Below, piece after piece: positions 27,619 through 37,258 of a stretch of DNA of 64,000 bases. The first letter of the stretch is position 1; every line of letters starts with the position of its first letter. Where the stretch lies: positions 871 through 64,870 of the forward strand of contig JAHJCH010000171.1 of NCBI GenBank assembly GCA_018813065.1. The letters are read 5' to 3'. Source of the stretch: Myxococcota bacterium (GTDB lineage: Bacteria; Myxococcota_A; Bradymonadia; UBA7976; UBA1532). Below the pieces are notes generated by a model. The model was given only the letters and a program-made list of their open reading frames with translations. It was not told where the DNA came from and did no database searches. Both the position numbers and the translations under genes were made by a program.

Positions 27619-28395
27619 TCACCCGCCCTCGGTCGTGATCACGCCCTCGAAGACGCGCTCAGCGGGGCCACGCAGGCGCGGCGCGGCGACGCCGCCGCTG
27701 ATCCACAGCCGCCCGCCCGGCAAGCGCACCCGCACCGACGGATCGAGGCGATCCTCAAGCCACCCCGCGCAGGCCGTCGCCGTCGCTGCGGTCCCGCAGG
27801 CCAGCGTAGCCCCGCAGCCGCGCTCCCAGACCAATAGGTTGACGTGCGCGGGGCCTAAGATCGTGGCGAAGGAGACGTTGACCCCCTTGGGGAACATGGC
27901 GTGGCGCTCGATCTGCGGCCCCCAGCAGCGCACATCGGCCTCTGACCACGCCCCGAAGAGGACAAAGTGGGGGTTGCCTGTGCTGATCCGCCGCCCTTCA
28001 AAGACCCGCCCTTCGATCTCTATGCTCGCCTCGCCGAGATCCCGCGCCGAGGGCAGCGCGATCTCCACGTCCTCGGGCCTCACCCACGCGCGGTGTGGCC
28101 CCGCGTCGGTTTGAATCACCTCCACGGGCTCGCCCACCTCGTCGAGGTAGCGCGCCACGCAGCGCAGCCCGTTGCCGCACATCTCCGGGCGGCTGCCGTC
28201 GGCGTTGATCACCGCCATCCGCGGCCCATCGAACACCAAGAGCAGGCCATCGGCCCCGATCCCAAAGCGGCGATGGCACAGCCGCGTCGCCTCCGCCGCG
28301 TCGATGGCCGTTGTACCCGCCGGATCTCCCCGCAGATCCAAGAGGATGAAGTCATTGCCGATGCCTTGATATTTGAGAAACCGTCGTCGCGCCAC
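27619..28395 (-). CDS. dapF: diaminopimelate epimerase
   Basis: FLKYQGIGNDFILLD N-terminal signature plus the second catalytic Cys region (MCGNGLRC). 258 aa. Confidence 0.8.
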   Translation of the reverse strand: MARRRFLKYQGIGNDFILLDLRGDPAGTTAIDAAEATRLCHRRFGIGADGLLLVFDGPRMAVINADGSRPEMCGNGLRCVARYLDEVGEPVEVIQTDAGPHRAWVRPEDVEIALPSARDLGEASIEIEGRVFEGRRISTGNPHFVLFGAWSEADVRCWGPQIERHAMFPKGVNVSFATILGPAHVNLLVWERGCGATLACGTAATATACAGWLEDRLDPSVRVRLPGGRLWISGGVAAPRLRGPAERVFEGVITTEGG

Positions 28396-28485
28396 GCCAA
28401 AGCCTTGAAGCCGCTGTCCATCCGTGGGATCAGGGCACCTTTTGGAGATGAGGTCAGCGTGAAGCTATCAGACATCCGTGATTTT

Positions 28486-29253
28486 ATGGATATCCCCCGC
28501 GAGGAGGGCGCTCAGTTCGGCCCCTTTGAGGCGGGGATCCTCTTGGTGGCGACCTTGGGCTTGACCGTGATGCAGTTCGGCGGCTCGGAGATGGTCTTCG
28601 CCGATCTCTTCGGGCGTCACTTCGGGGTGCAAGAGGAGCAAGCCTTCTACTTCAACTCGATCCGCAGCCACCCGTGGTATCCGCTGATGAGCCTCCTGCA
28701 CTGGGTGGCCTTGTGCGTGCTGGGCTACCTGCTCATCCCCGCCCTCTTCCTCAAGCTGACGCGGCGACGCCTGCGCGATTACTACCTCAGCTTCAAGGGC
28801 TTCACGCAGCACTTTCGGATCTACCTCGCCCTCTACCTGATCGTGATCGTGCCCGTGATCGTCGTCTCCTTCAGCGAGGACTATCAGCGCATCTATCCGT
28901 TCTACGTCCACGCCAACCGCAGCGCCTTTGATCTGATCGTCTGGGAGCTGGCCTATGGTCTTCAGTTTTTGGCCCTGGAGTTCCTCTTTCGCGGGTTTAT
29001 GTTGGAGGGGCTGCGCCGATTTATGGGGGTCGGCGCCGTCTTCGTGATGGTGATCCCTTACTGTATGCTCCACTACCCCAAGACGCTCAGCGAGAGCCTG
29101 GGGGCGATCATCGCCGGCGTCGCGCTGGGGGTGATGGCCATGCGCTATCGCTCCATCTGGGGCGGGGTCTTTTTGCATTGGATGGTGGCGATCTCCATGG
29201 ATCTGCTCAGCCTGCTCCAGCAAAACGCGCTGCCGAAGTCGCTGTGGCCCTGA
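28486..29253 (+). CDS. CPBP family intramembrane glutamic endopeptidase (CAAX protease-like)
   Basis: EFLFRGF (EExxxR) motif and HxxxN/H-containing TM helices. Start set at the internal ATG; a GTG at about 28459 is also possible. The long upstream extension of the ORF overlaps dapF on the other strand and is rejected. Confidence 0.65.
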   Translation: MDIPREEGAQFGPFEAGILLVATLGLTVMQFGGSEMVFADLFGRHFGVQEEQAFYFNSIRSHPWYPLMSLLHWVALCVLGYLLIPALFLKLTRRRLRDYYLSFKGFTQHFRIYLALYLIVIVPVIVVSFSEDYQRIYPFYVHANRSAFDLIVWELAYGLQFLALEFLFRGFMLEGLRRFMGVGAVFVMVIPYCMLHYPKTLSESLGAIIAGVALGVMAMRYRSIWGGVFLHWMVAISMDLLSLLQQNALPKSLWP

Positions 29254-29285
29254 GCGAACCCTGAGCTTAAGAGGAGGGCTTCGCC

Positions 29286-30374
29286 ATGATGTTGATCGAG
29301 CAGCGGCTGCGCCGCGCCGCCCATGAGCGGGTCGCGCCGGGCTTCGCGTTTGGGCTGATCGCCGGCGATGATCCGCCGCGCCGCGCCTTCGTGGGGCGCC
29401 ACCAGCCCGATGGAGGCCTCGCCGTCAGCGCCGAGACCTGGTTTGATCTGGCCTCATTGACCAAGCCGTTGACCACGCTGACTTGGGCCTTGCGGCTGAT
29501 CGACGAGGCGCGCCTCGATCTGGAGGCGCCGATCGGTGATCTGATCGAGGTCGCTGATCCTGCCCTGGCCGCCGCCCCGCTGTGGCGCCTCCTCAACCAC
29601 TCCAGCGGCCTGCCCGCCCACCGCCCGTACTTCGAGGGCTTGGGGCGCGCCGCCCTGCGCGCGGGGCAGCTCAGCTCAGCCCGCGCCATGATCCAGCGCC
29701 TCGCGCGCGGCGCCGCCCTAGAGCAGCCGCCCGGCGCCCGCGAGGTCTATAGCGATCTGGGCTTTATGCTCCTGGAGCAGATCTGCGCGCGGGCGGATCG
29801 CCCCTTGGAGGTGGCGTGGTCCACCTTGCCGGGTCATGGGGCCGAGGCCTTGTCTTTTCGTCCGCTGAGGGGCACGGCGCCGCAGCGCGATGAGGCCTGC
29901 GCGGCGACGGAGCGGTGCCCTTGGCGCGCGCGGCTCCTCCAAGGGGAGGTCCACGATGATAACTGCTGGACGATGGGTGGGATCGCCGGGCACGCGGGCC
30001 TCTTCGGCCGCCTGGATGACGTCCTCTCCCTGGCCTCTGCTTATCTGCGGGGGCTGCGCGGCGACGGCGCGGCGCTGGGGTTGCGCGCCTCAACCCTCGC
30101 CGCGCTCCTCGATCCCCGCTGGATGCACCCACGCGGCAGCTTCGCCCTGGGCTGGGACACCCCCACCCCAGGCCGCTCCACCTCCGGCGCGCGCTTCAGC
30201 CGCCGCGCTGTGGGGCATTTGGGCTTTACAGGCACCTCAATCTGGATCGATGTAGAGCGCGCCGTGGTCATGGTCCTCTTGACCAACCGCGTCTCGCCGA
30301 GCCGCGTGGGCCTTGAGGGCATCCGTGCGCTGCGGCCTCAGATTCACGATCTCGCCTGGGAGGAGCTGGGGTGA
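29286..30374 (+). CDS. serine hydrolase, beta-lactamase (class C / PBP4-like) family
   Basis: SxxK motif in FDLASLTKPLTT. 362 aa. HSSG and GHxG-like motifs are present. Confidence 0.7.
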   Translation: MMLIEQRLRRAAHERVAPGFAFGLIAGDDPPRRAFVGRHQPDGGLAVSAETWFDLASLTKPLTTLTWALRLIDEARLDLEAPIGDLIEVADPALAAAPLWRLLNHSSGLPAHRPYFEGLGRAALRAGQLSSARAMIQRLARGAALEQPPGAREVYSDLGFMLLEQICARADRPLEVAWSTLPGHGAEALSFRPLRGTAPQRDEACAATERCPWRARLLQGEVHDDNCWTMGGIAGHAGLFGRLDDVLSLASAYLRGLRGDGAALGLRASTLAALLDPRWMHPRGSFALGWDTPTPGRSTSGARFSRRAVGHLGFTGTSIWIDVERAVVMVLLTNRVSPSRVGLEGIRALRPQIHDLAWEELG

Positions 30375-31165
30375 TGGAGTTTATGGCTGAGCTGGGCGTG
30401 GCCCGTCAGATCGCCGAGTCGGCGGGGCGCCTCATCGCCGCCGCCTGGGATCAGGGCCGCGCGGTGTCCTTTAAGGGCGAGGTGGACTTGGTGACGGAGA
30501 TCGACCTCGCGGCGGAGGCGCTGATCGTGGAGGGGTTGTCGCGGGCCTGCCCACAGGATCGGATCGTGGCCGAGGAGGGCGGTGGGCGCCGAGAGGCCGC
30601 CGCGCGCACCTGGTATGTCGATCCCCTCGACGGCACCACCAACTTCGCCCACGGCTTCCCGCAGCTCTGCGTCTCCATCGCCCTGGTCGATGCGACGGGG
30701 GTCGCCTTGGGCGTCGTCCACGAGCCGCTGCGGCGGTGGACCTTCTATGCCACGCGCGGCGGCGGCGCTTTTCGCGACGGGGCGCCGCTCAAGGTCAGCC
30801 AGACGCCGCGCTTAGAGGGCGCGCTTTTGGCCACGGGCTTCCCTTATGACCGCCGCCAAAACCCAGACAACAACGTCGATCGCCTCGCCGCCTTCCTCAA
30901 GCGCGGCCAGGGGATCCGGCGGGCGGGCTCAGCGGCCTTGGATCTGGCCTTCACCGCCGCAGGCTGGCTCGATGGCTACTGGGAGGATCGCCTCAGCCCT
31001 TGGGATCTGGCGGCGGGGCTGTGCTTGGTGCAGGAGGCCGGTGGGCGGGCGACGGGCTGGGGCGGGGCGCCGCCTGATCTCCTCAAGGGCGCGCTCATCG
31101 CCAGCAACGGTCACATCCACGAAGAGATGCTCCAGGTGATCGCTGATGTTCAACGCGGCGGCTGA
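30371..31165 (+). CDS. inositol monophosphatase family protein
   Basis: WYVDPLDGTTNFAHGFP (DPxDGT metal-binding motif) and WDxAAG motif. 264 aa. Confidence 0.8.
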   Translation: MMEFMAELGVARQIAESAGRLIAAAWDQGRAVSFKGEVDLVTEIDLAAEALIVEGLSRACPQDRIVAEEGGGRREAAARTWYVDPLDGTTNFAHGFPQLCVSIALVDATGVALGVVHEPLRRWTFYATRGGGAFRDGAPLKVSQTPRLEGALLATGFPYDRRQNPDNNVDRLAAFLKRGQGIRRAGSAALDLAFTAAGWLDGYWEDRLSPWDLAAGLCLVQEAGGRATGWGGAPPDLLKGALIASNGHIHEEMLQVIADVQRGG

Positions 31166-31733
31166 GGCGGCGGGGCTGGCCGCCCGCGTCGATGAGGCCC
31201 GCCTCGCCGCCTTCTTTGAGCTGCGCGCGCGCTGGGCCAAGACCCACAACCTCTCCGGCCCCCAGGCCCTCAGCGCGCCGCTGACCGACTGGCTTGACGC
31301 CTGCGCCGTGTGGCCCAACCTCCGCGATGATCTGGAGCTGATCGACGTCGGCTCAGGCTCCGGGGTGCCCGGCCTCTGCCTCGCGTGCTTGGAGCCTGAG
31401 CGCCCCATCCACCTCATCGAGCCCAGCGTCAAGCGGGTGGCCTTCCTCAAGAGCGCGATCTATCAGCTGGGGCTCAAGGCGACCCGCGTCACCCGCGCTT
31501 GTTGGCCGCTGACGCCGGATCGCCCGGCGCAGGTCATCAGCCGCGCGGTGGTCGATCCGGCGCGCTGGCCGGATCTGGCCTTGGAGGGCGGTGAGGCGGT
31601 TGAGGCGGTGCTGCGGATGTTGGCGGCCAAGCGCCCCACCTGGTCGCCGACGCGCTTCGCCTTGGCTGCTGCCTTGGACTATGACCTCCCTGGCCACGGC
31701 GCGCGCCGCGTCGAGCGCTGGGATCGCGGCTAG
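31146..31733 (+). CDS. rsmG: 16S rRNA (guanine527-N7)-methyltransferase
   Basis: SAM-binding LIDVGSGSGVPGL motif. 195 aa. GidB-like length. Confidence 0.75.
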   Translation: MFNAAAEAAGLAARVDEARLAAFFELRARWAKTHNLSGPQALSAPLTDWLDACAVWPNLRDDLELIDVGSGSGVPGLCLACLEPERPIHLIEPSVKRVAFLKSAIYQLGLKATRVTRACWPLTPDRPAQVISRAVVDPARWPDLALEGGEAVEAVLRMLAAKRPTWSPTRFALAAALDYDLPGHGARRVERWDRG

Positions 31734-32419
31734 GCGGCCTCGACCTGCCGTGCCCGCAGCCAGGACATCAAGCGCTTGGTCAGCAAGGGCGTAATCCCCA
31801 ACAGCGTGAAGGCCAGGAGGAGCCGTGGGGAGAGGATCCCCGACGGCCCCTTGAGCTGCGCCAGCGCCGTCCCCGCGTTGACGAACAAGATCGTGCCCAG
31901 CAGCATCCCCAGCTGGCTCACCCAAGCGAAGGTCCACACGCGCATACGCGTCAGCCCCAGCGCGAGGTTGATGATAAAGAAGGGGAAGACGGGCGTCAGC
32001 CGCAGCCCAAAGAGGTAGAGGGCGCCCTCACGGGCGACGCCCTCATCGATCAGCGCCAGCCGCTCGGGCCAGCGCCGCGCCACGGCGTCGCGCAAGAGCC
32101 AGCGCGCGCTGAGGAAGGCGAGGGTGGCGCCGAGGGTCGAGGCGAAGGAGACGAGCGCCACGCCCAGGGGGAGGCCAAAGAGCGCGCCAGCCAGCAGCGC
32201 CAAGGCGCTGGCCCCAGGCAACGACAGCCCCGTTGTGAGCGTATAGACCATGAAGAAGATCAAGGCGGCGGCGATGGGGTGGGCGGCCTTGAGCGTCAGG
32301 AGCGCGGCGCGCCGCGCCGCCAGCCCCTCGAAGGTGAGCAGGTGATGAAGATCAAAGGCGAAGAAGGCGCCGATCAGCAGCGCCAGCCCCATGAGGAGCG
32401 TGATGGATCTGCGGGTCAT
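31730..32419 (-). CDS. TVP38/TMEM64 (DedA-like) family membrane protein
   Basis: Polytopic. FFMVYTLTTGLSLPGASALALLAGALFG matches the DedA/SNARE-associated family core. Start chosen at MTRRSITLL; the ORF track extends upstream. Confidence 0.6.
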   Translation of the reverse strand: MTRRSITLLMGLALLIGAFFAFDLHHLLTFEGLAARRAALLTLKAAHPIAAALIFFMVYTLTTGLSLPGASALALLAGALFGLPLGVALVSFASTLGATLAFLSARWLLRDAVARRWPERLALIDEGVAREGALYLFGLRLTPVFPFFIINLALGLTRMRVWTFAWVSQLGMLLGTILFVNAGTALAQLKGPSGILSPRLLLAFTLLGITPLLTKRLMSWLRARQVEAA

Positions 32420-32450
32420 GTCACTTGATGGGGATCGGGGTGGGCGTGGA

Positions 32451-33947
32451 TCAGGGGTGCTCAAAGAAGGCGCGCAGGCTAGAGGCGCGGTGGGTTTGGC
32501 GCAGCTTACGGATGGCCTGGGCCTCGATCTGGCGGATGCGCTCACGGGTCAGATCGAAGACCTGGCCGACCTCCTCCAGCGTGTGATCGCTGCGCACGCC
32601 GATGCCGAAGCGCAGCCGCAGGACCTTGGCCTCGCGGGGGCTGAGCGTGTCGAGCACGCGAGCTGTCTCTTCGCTCATCAGCGTCTGCGTGGTCATCTCC
32701 GAGGGCGAGGGCAGGTTGGTGTCCTCGATAAAGTCCCCCAGCTGGCTGTCATCGTCGCCGACGGGCGTCTCCAAGGAGACCGGCGGGCGGCTGATCTTAA
32801 AAGCGCGGCGGACCTGCTCAGGGGTCATGTCCAGGCGCTCAGCGATCTCCTCGGGCGTCGGCGCCCGCTCCAGCTCCTGGCCCATCTGCCGCGCGGTGCG
32901 CGTGATCTTGTTGATCGTCTCGATGAGGTGTACCGGGATGCGGATGGTGCGGGCCTGATCGGCGATGGCGCGGGTGATGGCTTGACGCACCCACCAGGTG
33001 GCGTAAGTGCTGAACTTATGCCCCCGGCGATACTCAAACTTATCGACGGCGCGCATCAGCCCGATGTTGCCCTCTTGGATGAGATCCAAGAAGTGCAGCC
33101 CGTGGTTGAGGTAGCGCTTGCCGATGCTGACGACGAGGCGGAGGTTGGCCAAGATCATCTCGCTCTTGGCCCGCTCCAGGTTACGCACATCGCGCCGCAG
33201 CCGCGCCACGACCGCCTCAAGCTCGTCGATGGGCATCCCTACGCGGCTCTCCAGTTCTTTGATGCGCTGGAGGCGCTTAGAGGCGGTCTGCACCAGCTCA
33301 GACCACTGAACCTCATCGAGGCCCGCTGCGGGGTTCGGCGGCGCTGAGCCACACAGGACATCGACGCTGACCCCCGCCATGGTCTCGCACTCCTCGATGA
33401 AGCGCCGCCAATCACGGATCTCGTCGCGGGTGGAGGTGAGCGTCTCAACGATGCCCTCGATGACGCGCCAGTTGACGTTCATCTGAACGACCAGATCACG
33501 CAGCTCTTGATCGTAGTCACGGTTCTTACGGCGGGCGGTCTTGGTCACGCGCTGGGCGCTGCGCAGCCGCGCGCGGGCGACGCTGCGGATCTCTAAGGCG
33601 ATGGCCTCCACGCGCTCGATCCCCGTCAGGCCGTTCTTGGGATCAGGCTCTTGGTTTGAGCTGCCGTCGAGCACCTCACGGAGGTTGTAGACGCCCTTGC
33701 GGATTTTGCGCGGCAGCCCCACCAGGGTGTAGACGCCCATCTGCGTTGACAAGATGCCATCCAGCACCCCCTCGCGGGCCTCCTCGATGCGCTTGGCGAT
33801 CTCCACCTCCTCTTCCCGCGACAGCAGCTTTACGCCGCCGATCTTGGAGAGGTACATGCGCACGCTGTCGAGCTCGCTCTCAGTGGGGCTGGAGCGCTCA
33901 GGCTTCAACCCGGGCGCTGAATTGACCTTGGCTTTCTTCTTTGGCAT
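32451..33947 (-). CDS. rpoD: RNA polymerase sigma factor RpoD (sigma-70)
   Basis: Region 2 [53 protein letters not shown]. Region 4 present. Start taken at MPKKKAKV. Confidence 0.85.
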   Translation of the reverse strand: MPKKKAKVNSAPGLKPERSSPTESELDSVRMYLSKIGGVKLLSREEEVEIAKRIEEAREGVLDGILSTQMGVYTLVGLPRKIRKGVYNLREVLDGSSNQEPDPKNGLTGIERVEAIALEIRSVARARLRSAQRVTKTARRKNRDYDQELRDLVVQMNVNWRVIEGIVETLTSTRDEIRDWRRFIEECETMAGVSVDVLCGSAPPNPAAGLDEVQWSELVQTASKRLQRIKELESRVGMPIDELEAVVARLRRDVRNLERAKSEMILANLRLVVSIGKRYLNHGLHFLDLIQEGNIGLMRAVDKFEYRRGHKFSTYATWWVRQAITRAIADQARTIRIPVHLIETINKITRTARQMGQELERAPTPEEIAERLDMTPEQVRRAFKISRPPVSLETPVGDDDSQLGDFIEDTNLPSPSEMTTQTLMSEETARVLDTLSPREAKVLRLRFGIGVRSDHTLEEVGQVFDLTRERIRQIEAQAIRKLRQTHRASSLRAFFEHP

Positions 33948-34302
33948 GGTCGCCCTCCGAGTTGAAAATCCGGGGCCGTTCCTGCAACCTCCGCACCAGC
34001 GCGAAGCTCGACGGATCAGGTTGAACACTTGAGGGGAGGGGGTGGCCCCGAGGGCGAAATCTATGACAGGGCTGTCATACCCGCGCAATCCTTTCATTAT
34101 CAAAAAGACGCGGAGGGTATAAGCGTCCCCACAATCTAGGGAAAAAGGGAAGGCAGGACAAAGAATAAGGGGGCCGAGGCCACCTCAGCCCCAGGTTTTG
34201 CGGCCTTATGCTCGGATTAAATCTTTGTATTTTAAAGCGAATTGATAAAATGGCGCGGCGCCAATCGGCGCGCGACGAAAAAAAGAATAATGCAGCCCGT
34301 CG

Positions 34303-35265
34303 GTGAGCGAGTGTTTTATGGATCAGCCCCTCTCCCCCAGCGCGATCAACTCAGTGATGCGGTTTGAGGACCCTCACCGCTTCTTGGCCTTCTATGATCA
34401 GCAGCTCTGCAAGCAGGTGGCGGGGATCACCCATCACGCGGCCGTGGCGGTCGGGGTGGAGGTCGTCATCTCGCTACACTTGCCGGGGGTAGACGAGCCG
34501 CTCCAGGTGATGGGCATTGTCCGGGGCGTTCAAGCGCAGCCCAATCAGAGCCATGGCCTTAAGGTGAGCCTGTACCTCGATCCCAAGGCGCAGGCGTGGC
34601 TCAAGGCGTTCGTCACAGGCCTGCGCAGCGCGTTGAGCTTTCAGCCGCCGCGCCCCACGACGGGCAGCCTGCCGCGCCCCACGACGGGCAGCCTGCCGCA
34701 GCAGCCCACGCCGTCCATTGGTAACCCGCTCCAGGTCCTCATCCGCGTCGATGGGATCTTGGACACGGGCAACTACTACGAGATCCTGGGCGTCGAGGCC
34801 GACATCTCCGAGGCCGATCTTCAAGCGCACTTCCACGCGCTGACCCGGCGAATTCACCCTGATCTCTTTCACGGCGAGAGCGCCTCGACGTTGGCGCTGG
34901 TCAACCGCGCCTATCGGCGCGTCAACGAAGCCTATAGCGTGCTCAAGAGCCCTGAGCGCCGCCGTGTCTATGATCAAGGGCTCAAGGAGAGCCAAGGTCA
35001 ACGCCTGCGCTTGAGCCAAGAGGACATGGAGCAGGTGGCGCGTCGCAAACAGCGCAGGCGAGGCGAGACGGGCACGGGGGATTATTACTGGCGGGTCGCC
35101 AAGGCGACGCTCAGCCAAGCCCGTGGGCACAGCGACGCCGTGGCCCCCGCCCTCTATGAGGCCGCCTGTCTGCTGCGCACCGCCATGGCCTTTGAGCCCG
35201 AGAATGAGCACTTTCGAGGCGCCTTGGAGCAGATCACCATGCGCTTGGCGAACTTCGGTTATTGA
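34303..35265 (+). CDS. DnaJ (J-domain) protein with N-terminal PilZ-like region
   Basis: J domain YYEILGVEADISEADLQAHFHALTRRIHPDLF with HPD. Internal 24-bp direct duplication encoding PRPTTGSL twice. Confidence 0.6.
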   Translation: MSECFMDQPLSPSAINSVMRFEDPHRFLAFYDQQLCKQVAGITHHAAVAVGVEVVISLHLPGVDEPLQVMGIVRGVQAQPNQSHGLKVSLYLDPKAQAWLKAFVTGLRSALSFQPPRPTTGSLPRPTTGSLPQQPTPSIGNPLQVLIRVDGILDTGNYYEILGVEADISEADLQAHFHALTRRIHPDLFHGESASTLALVNRAYRRVNEAYSVLKSPERRRVYDQGLKESQGQRLRLSQEDMEQVARRKQRRRGETGTGDYYWRVAKATLSQARGHSDAVAPALYEAACLLRTAMAFEPENEHFRGALEQITMRLANFGY

Positions 35266-35575
35266 CCGACGTCGATTTTCTATTTGACATCAACGCGATC
35301 GATTTAAAGAATAAGCGCGCGATATCCCCGAGATGGATCATTTCAAAGATAATCACTGCACTCATTTTAAGGAGAGACGCCTGCTCGGCAGCCAACGCGC
35401 CGTAGTCAGGCTTTAAGCGCGGGTGATTCCACGCCCGCGCCTACAGAGCGGGTTCATTTCATGGCGCCCTGCCACACGTTGAGCTTCACAGAATCTTTGA
35501 GACTTTGTCCTGTAATGTGATTTGCTCGATGTGTTTGGTTTGTGTGTTCCAGAGCCACGCTCTACCCCAAGGATT

Positions 35576-35600
35576 AAGGGTTCGAATCCCTTCCGCCCGA
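35576..35600 (+). other. tRNA 3'-end-like fragment (T-arm plus 3' acceptor strand); no matching 5' half found
   Basis: AAGGG-TTCGAAT-CCCTT is a canonical T-arm. It is followed by 7 nt CCGCCCG plus a discriminator A. No complementary 5' acceptor strand (CGGGCGG) occurs within 100 nt upstream. Confidence 0.3.
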
Positions 35601-35950
35601 CTCTCGGGCGGTGGCGAAATTGGAAGACGCACTGGGCCACTCATCCCAGCTCCTACCCACAAACAGGGATCACTGTTTTGGAAAAAACCTGAGTGGGTCG
35701 GCGGTGATCACGCTCAAGCGTCTCTTCGGAGATCCTGGGCGCGCTCCGGGTCGATGGGCGCCTTGATCTCAGCCTCGTCGCGCAGCGGTGAGGCCCAGAT
35801 CTGCGGCCACCTTCAACCCCAGCGCGCCTCGTGATCCAAGCGCGCGGCGCGTCGCCTCGTGGCGCGTCGCCCGCGACGATCGGGCGTGGCGCCGTCGGCC
35901 TTTGTTTGCTTGTCTACCCATCCAGCGCGGCGCGCGCGAATCAGGAGGCG

Positions 35951-37252
35951 ATGATGCCTAAGTTTAAGATCGAGCTGCATGAGCGCGCCGTCGCCCTCCG
36001 CGACGGCCTCCCCGAGCGCTTCTTGGGCCCTGGCGAGCATCGCCTCGGCGGCCTGTGGGGCGTCGCGTACACCCTTGAGCGCTTTGACACCCGTCAGCCG
36101 CTCTTTGAGGCCAGCCCTCCCATCCGCGCGTTGCTGCCCAAGGACAGCTTCGCGGAGATCCGCGTCGGCGAGCGGGAGCGCGGGGTGCTCTACCGCGAGG
36201 GCCACCCCATCAAGCGCCTTGAGCCAGGCTACCATCGCTACTGGCGGCTCGATCCCACGGTGGAGGTCAAGCTCATCAGCCTCGACGAGGCGCCGCCGCG
36301 GTCCGCCGCGGTCCGCGCGCTGCTGGACAAGGACAGCTGGGCGGAGGTGACCGTCGGCGATGATGAGCGCGTCATCCTCTATAAGAACGCGCAGCCGCAG
36401 TCGGTCCTCCAGCCCGGCTTCTACCGCTACTGGACCTTGGAGCCGACCTTGGAGCTGAAGCGGCTATCCGTGCTTGAGCCGCTGATCGAGGATGAGCGCG
36501 TCCTCAACCTCCTGCCCAACGATCAGGTCACGCGCGCGCTCATCGCCCAGCACCAGCGCGGGCTGCTCTATCGCCAGGGGCGGTTTGAGCAGGTGCTCGA
36601 TCCAGGCCGCTACGCGTTTTGGAGCACGCCCAAGGCGCCGACCTCGATCCGTGTGTTGGATATGCGCCGTCAGATGCTGGCCGTCAGCGGCCAAGAGCTG
36701 ATGACGCTGGATAAGGTCACGCTGCGGATGTCGTTGATGGCGGAGTGGCGCCCGCTTGATCCCGCGACCCACGCCCACATCGCCGCCGAGCCCAAGGAGC
36801 TGCTCTACAGCATGATCCAGCTCGCCGTGCGCGACTATGTGGCCAGCCAGACGCTCGATCAGCTGCTTGAGGGCCGCGACGCGCTGACGAAGTACCTCTT
36901 GGAGCGCACACGCCCAGAGGCGGCGCCGGTGGGCATCGAGGTGCAGCGTGTGGGGCTCAAGGACATCATCCTGCCCGGCGAGATGAAGCTCCTGTTTAAC
37001 CAAGTGATCGAGGCGGAGAAGCGGGCGACCGCCAACGTGATCCTGCGCCGCGAAGAGGCGGCGGCGACGCGGGTGATGGCCAACGCGGCGCAGCTCATGG
37101 CAGAGCGCCCCACCTTGATGCGCCTCAAGGAGCTGGAGACCCTCAAGGAGATCGCCAGCCAGATCGACAAAATCCAGGTCGTCATCGGCGGAGATCAGAT
37201 CAAGGGGCTCCTCCCCAGCCTGAAAGCCTCATCCGCTGATGATCGTGGCTAA
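35951..37252 (+). CDS. SPFH/band-7 (slipin/stomatin-like) protein with three tandem partial N-terminal SPFH-like segments
   Basis: C-terminal KDIILPGEMKLLFNQVIEAEKRATANVILRREEAAATRVMANAAQLMAERPTLMRLKELETL is typical of band-7 proteins. Three about 40-aa repeats (GVLYREGHPIKRLEPGYHRYWRL, VILYKNAQPQSVLQPGFYRYWTL, GLLYRQGRFEQVLDPGRYAFWST). AGGAGG RBS 8 nt upstream of the ATG. Confidence 0.7.
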   Translation: MMPKFKIELHERAVALRDGLPERFLGPGEHRLGGLWGVAYTLERFDTRQPLFEASPPIRALLPKDSFAEIRVGERERGVLYREGHPIKRLEPGYHRYWRLDPTVEVKLISLDEAPPRSAAVRALLDKDSWAEVTVGDDERVILYKNAQPQSVLQPGFYRYWTLEPTLELKRLSVLEPLIEDERVLNLLPNDQVTRALIAQHQRGLLYRQGRFEQVLDPGRYAFWSTPKAPTSIRVLDMRRQMLAVSGQELMTLDKVTLRMSLMAEWRPLDPATHAHIAAEPKELLYSMIQLAVRDYVASQTLDQLLEGRDALTKYLLERTRPEAAPVGIEVQRVGLKDIILPGEMKLLFNQVIEAEKRATANVILRREEAAATRVMANAAQLMAERPTLMRLKELETLKEIASQIDKIQVVIGGDQIKGLLPSLKASSADDRG

Positions 37253-37258
37253 TCGAGC

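Noticed and set aside
27967-28485. Long N-terminal extension of the CPBP ORF
   Set aside because: Overlaps dapF on the opposite strand. CPBP homology begins only after about residue 165.
35520-35604. Complete tRNA gene
   Set aside because: Only the T-arm and 3' acceptor strand are canonical. No complementary 5' acceptor, D-arm or anticodon stem could be folded on either strand.
35413-35640. 75-aa minus-strand ORF
   Set aside because: Sits in an AT-rich non-coding gap, overlaps the tRNA-like fragment, and has no motif.
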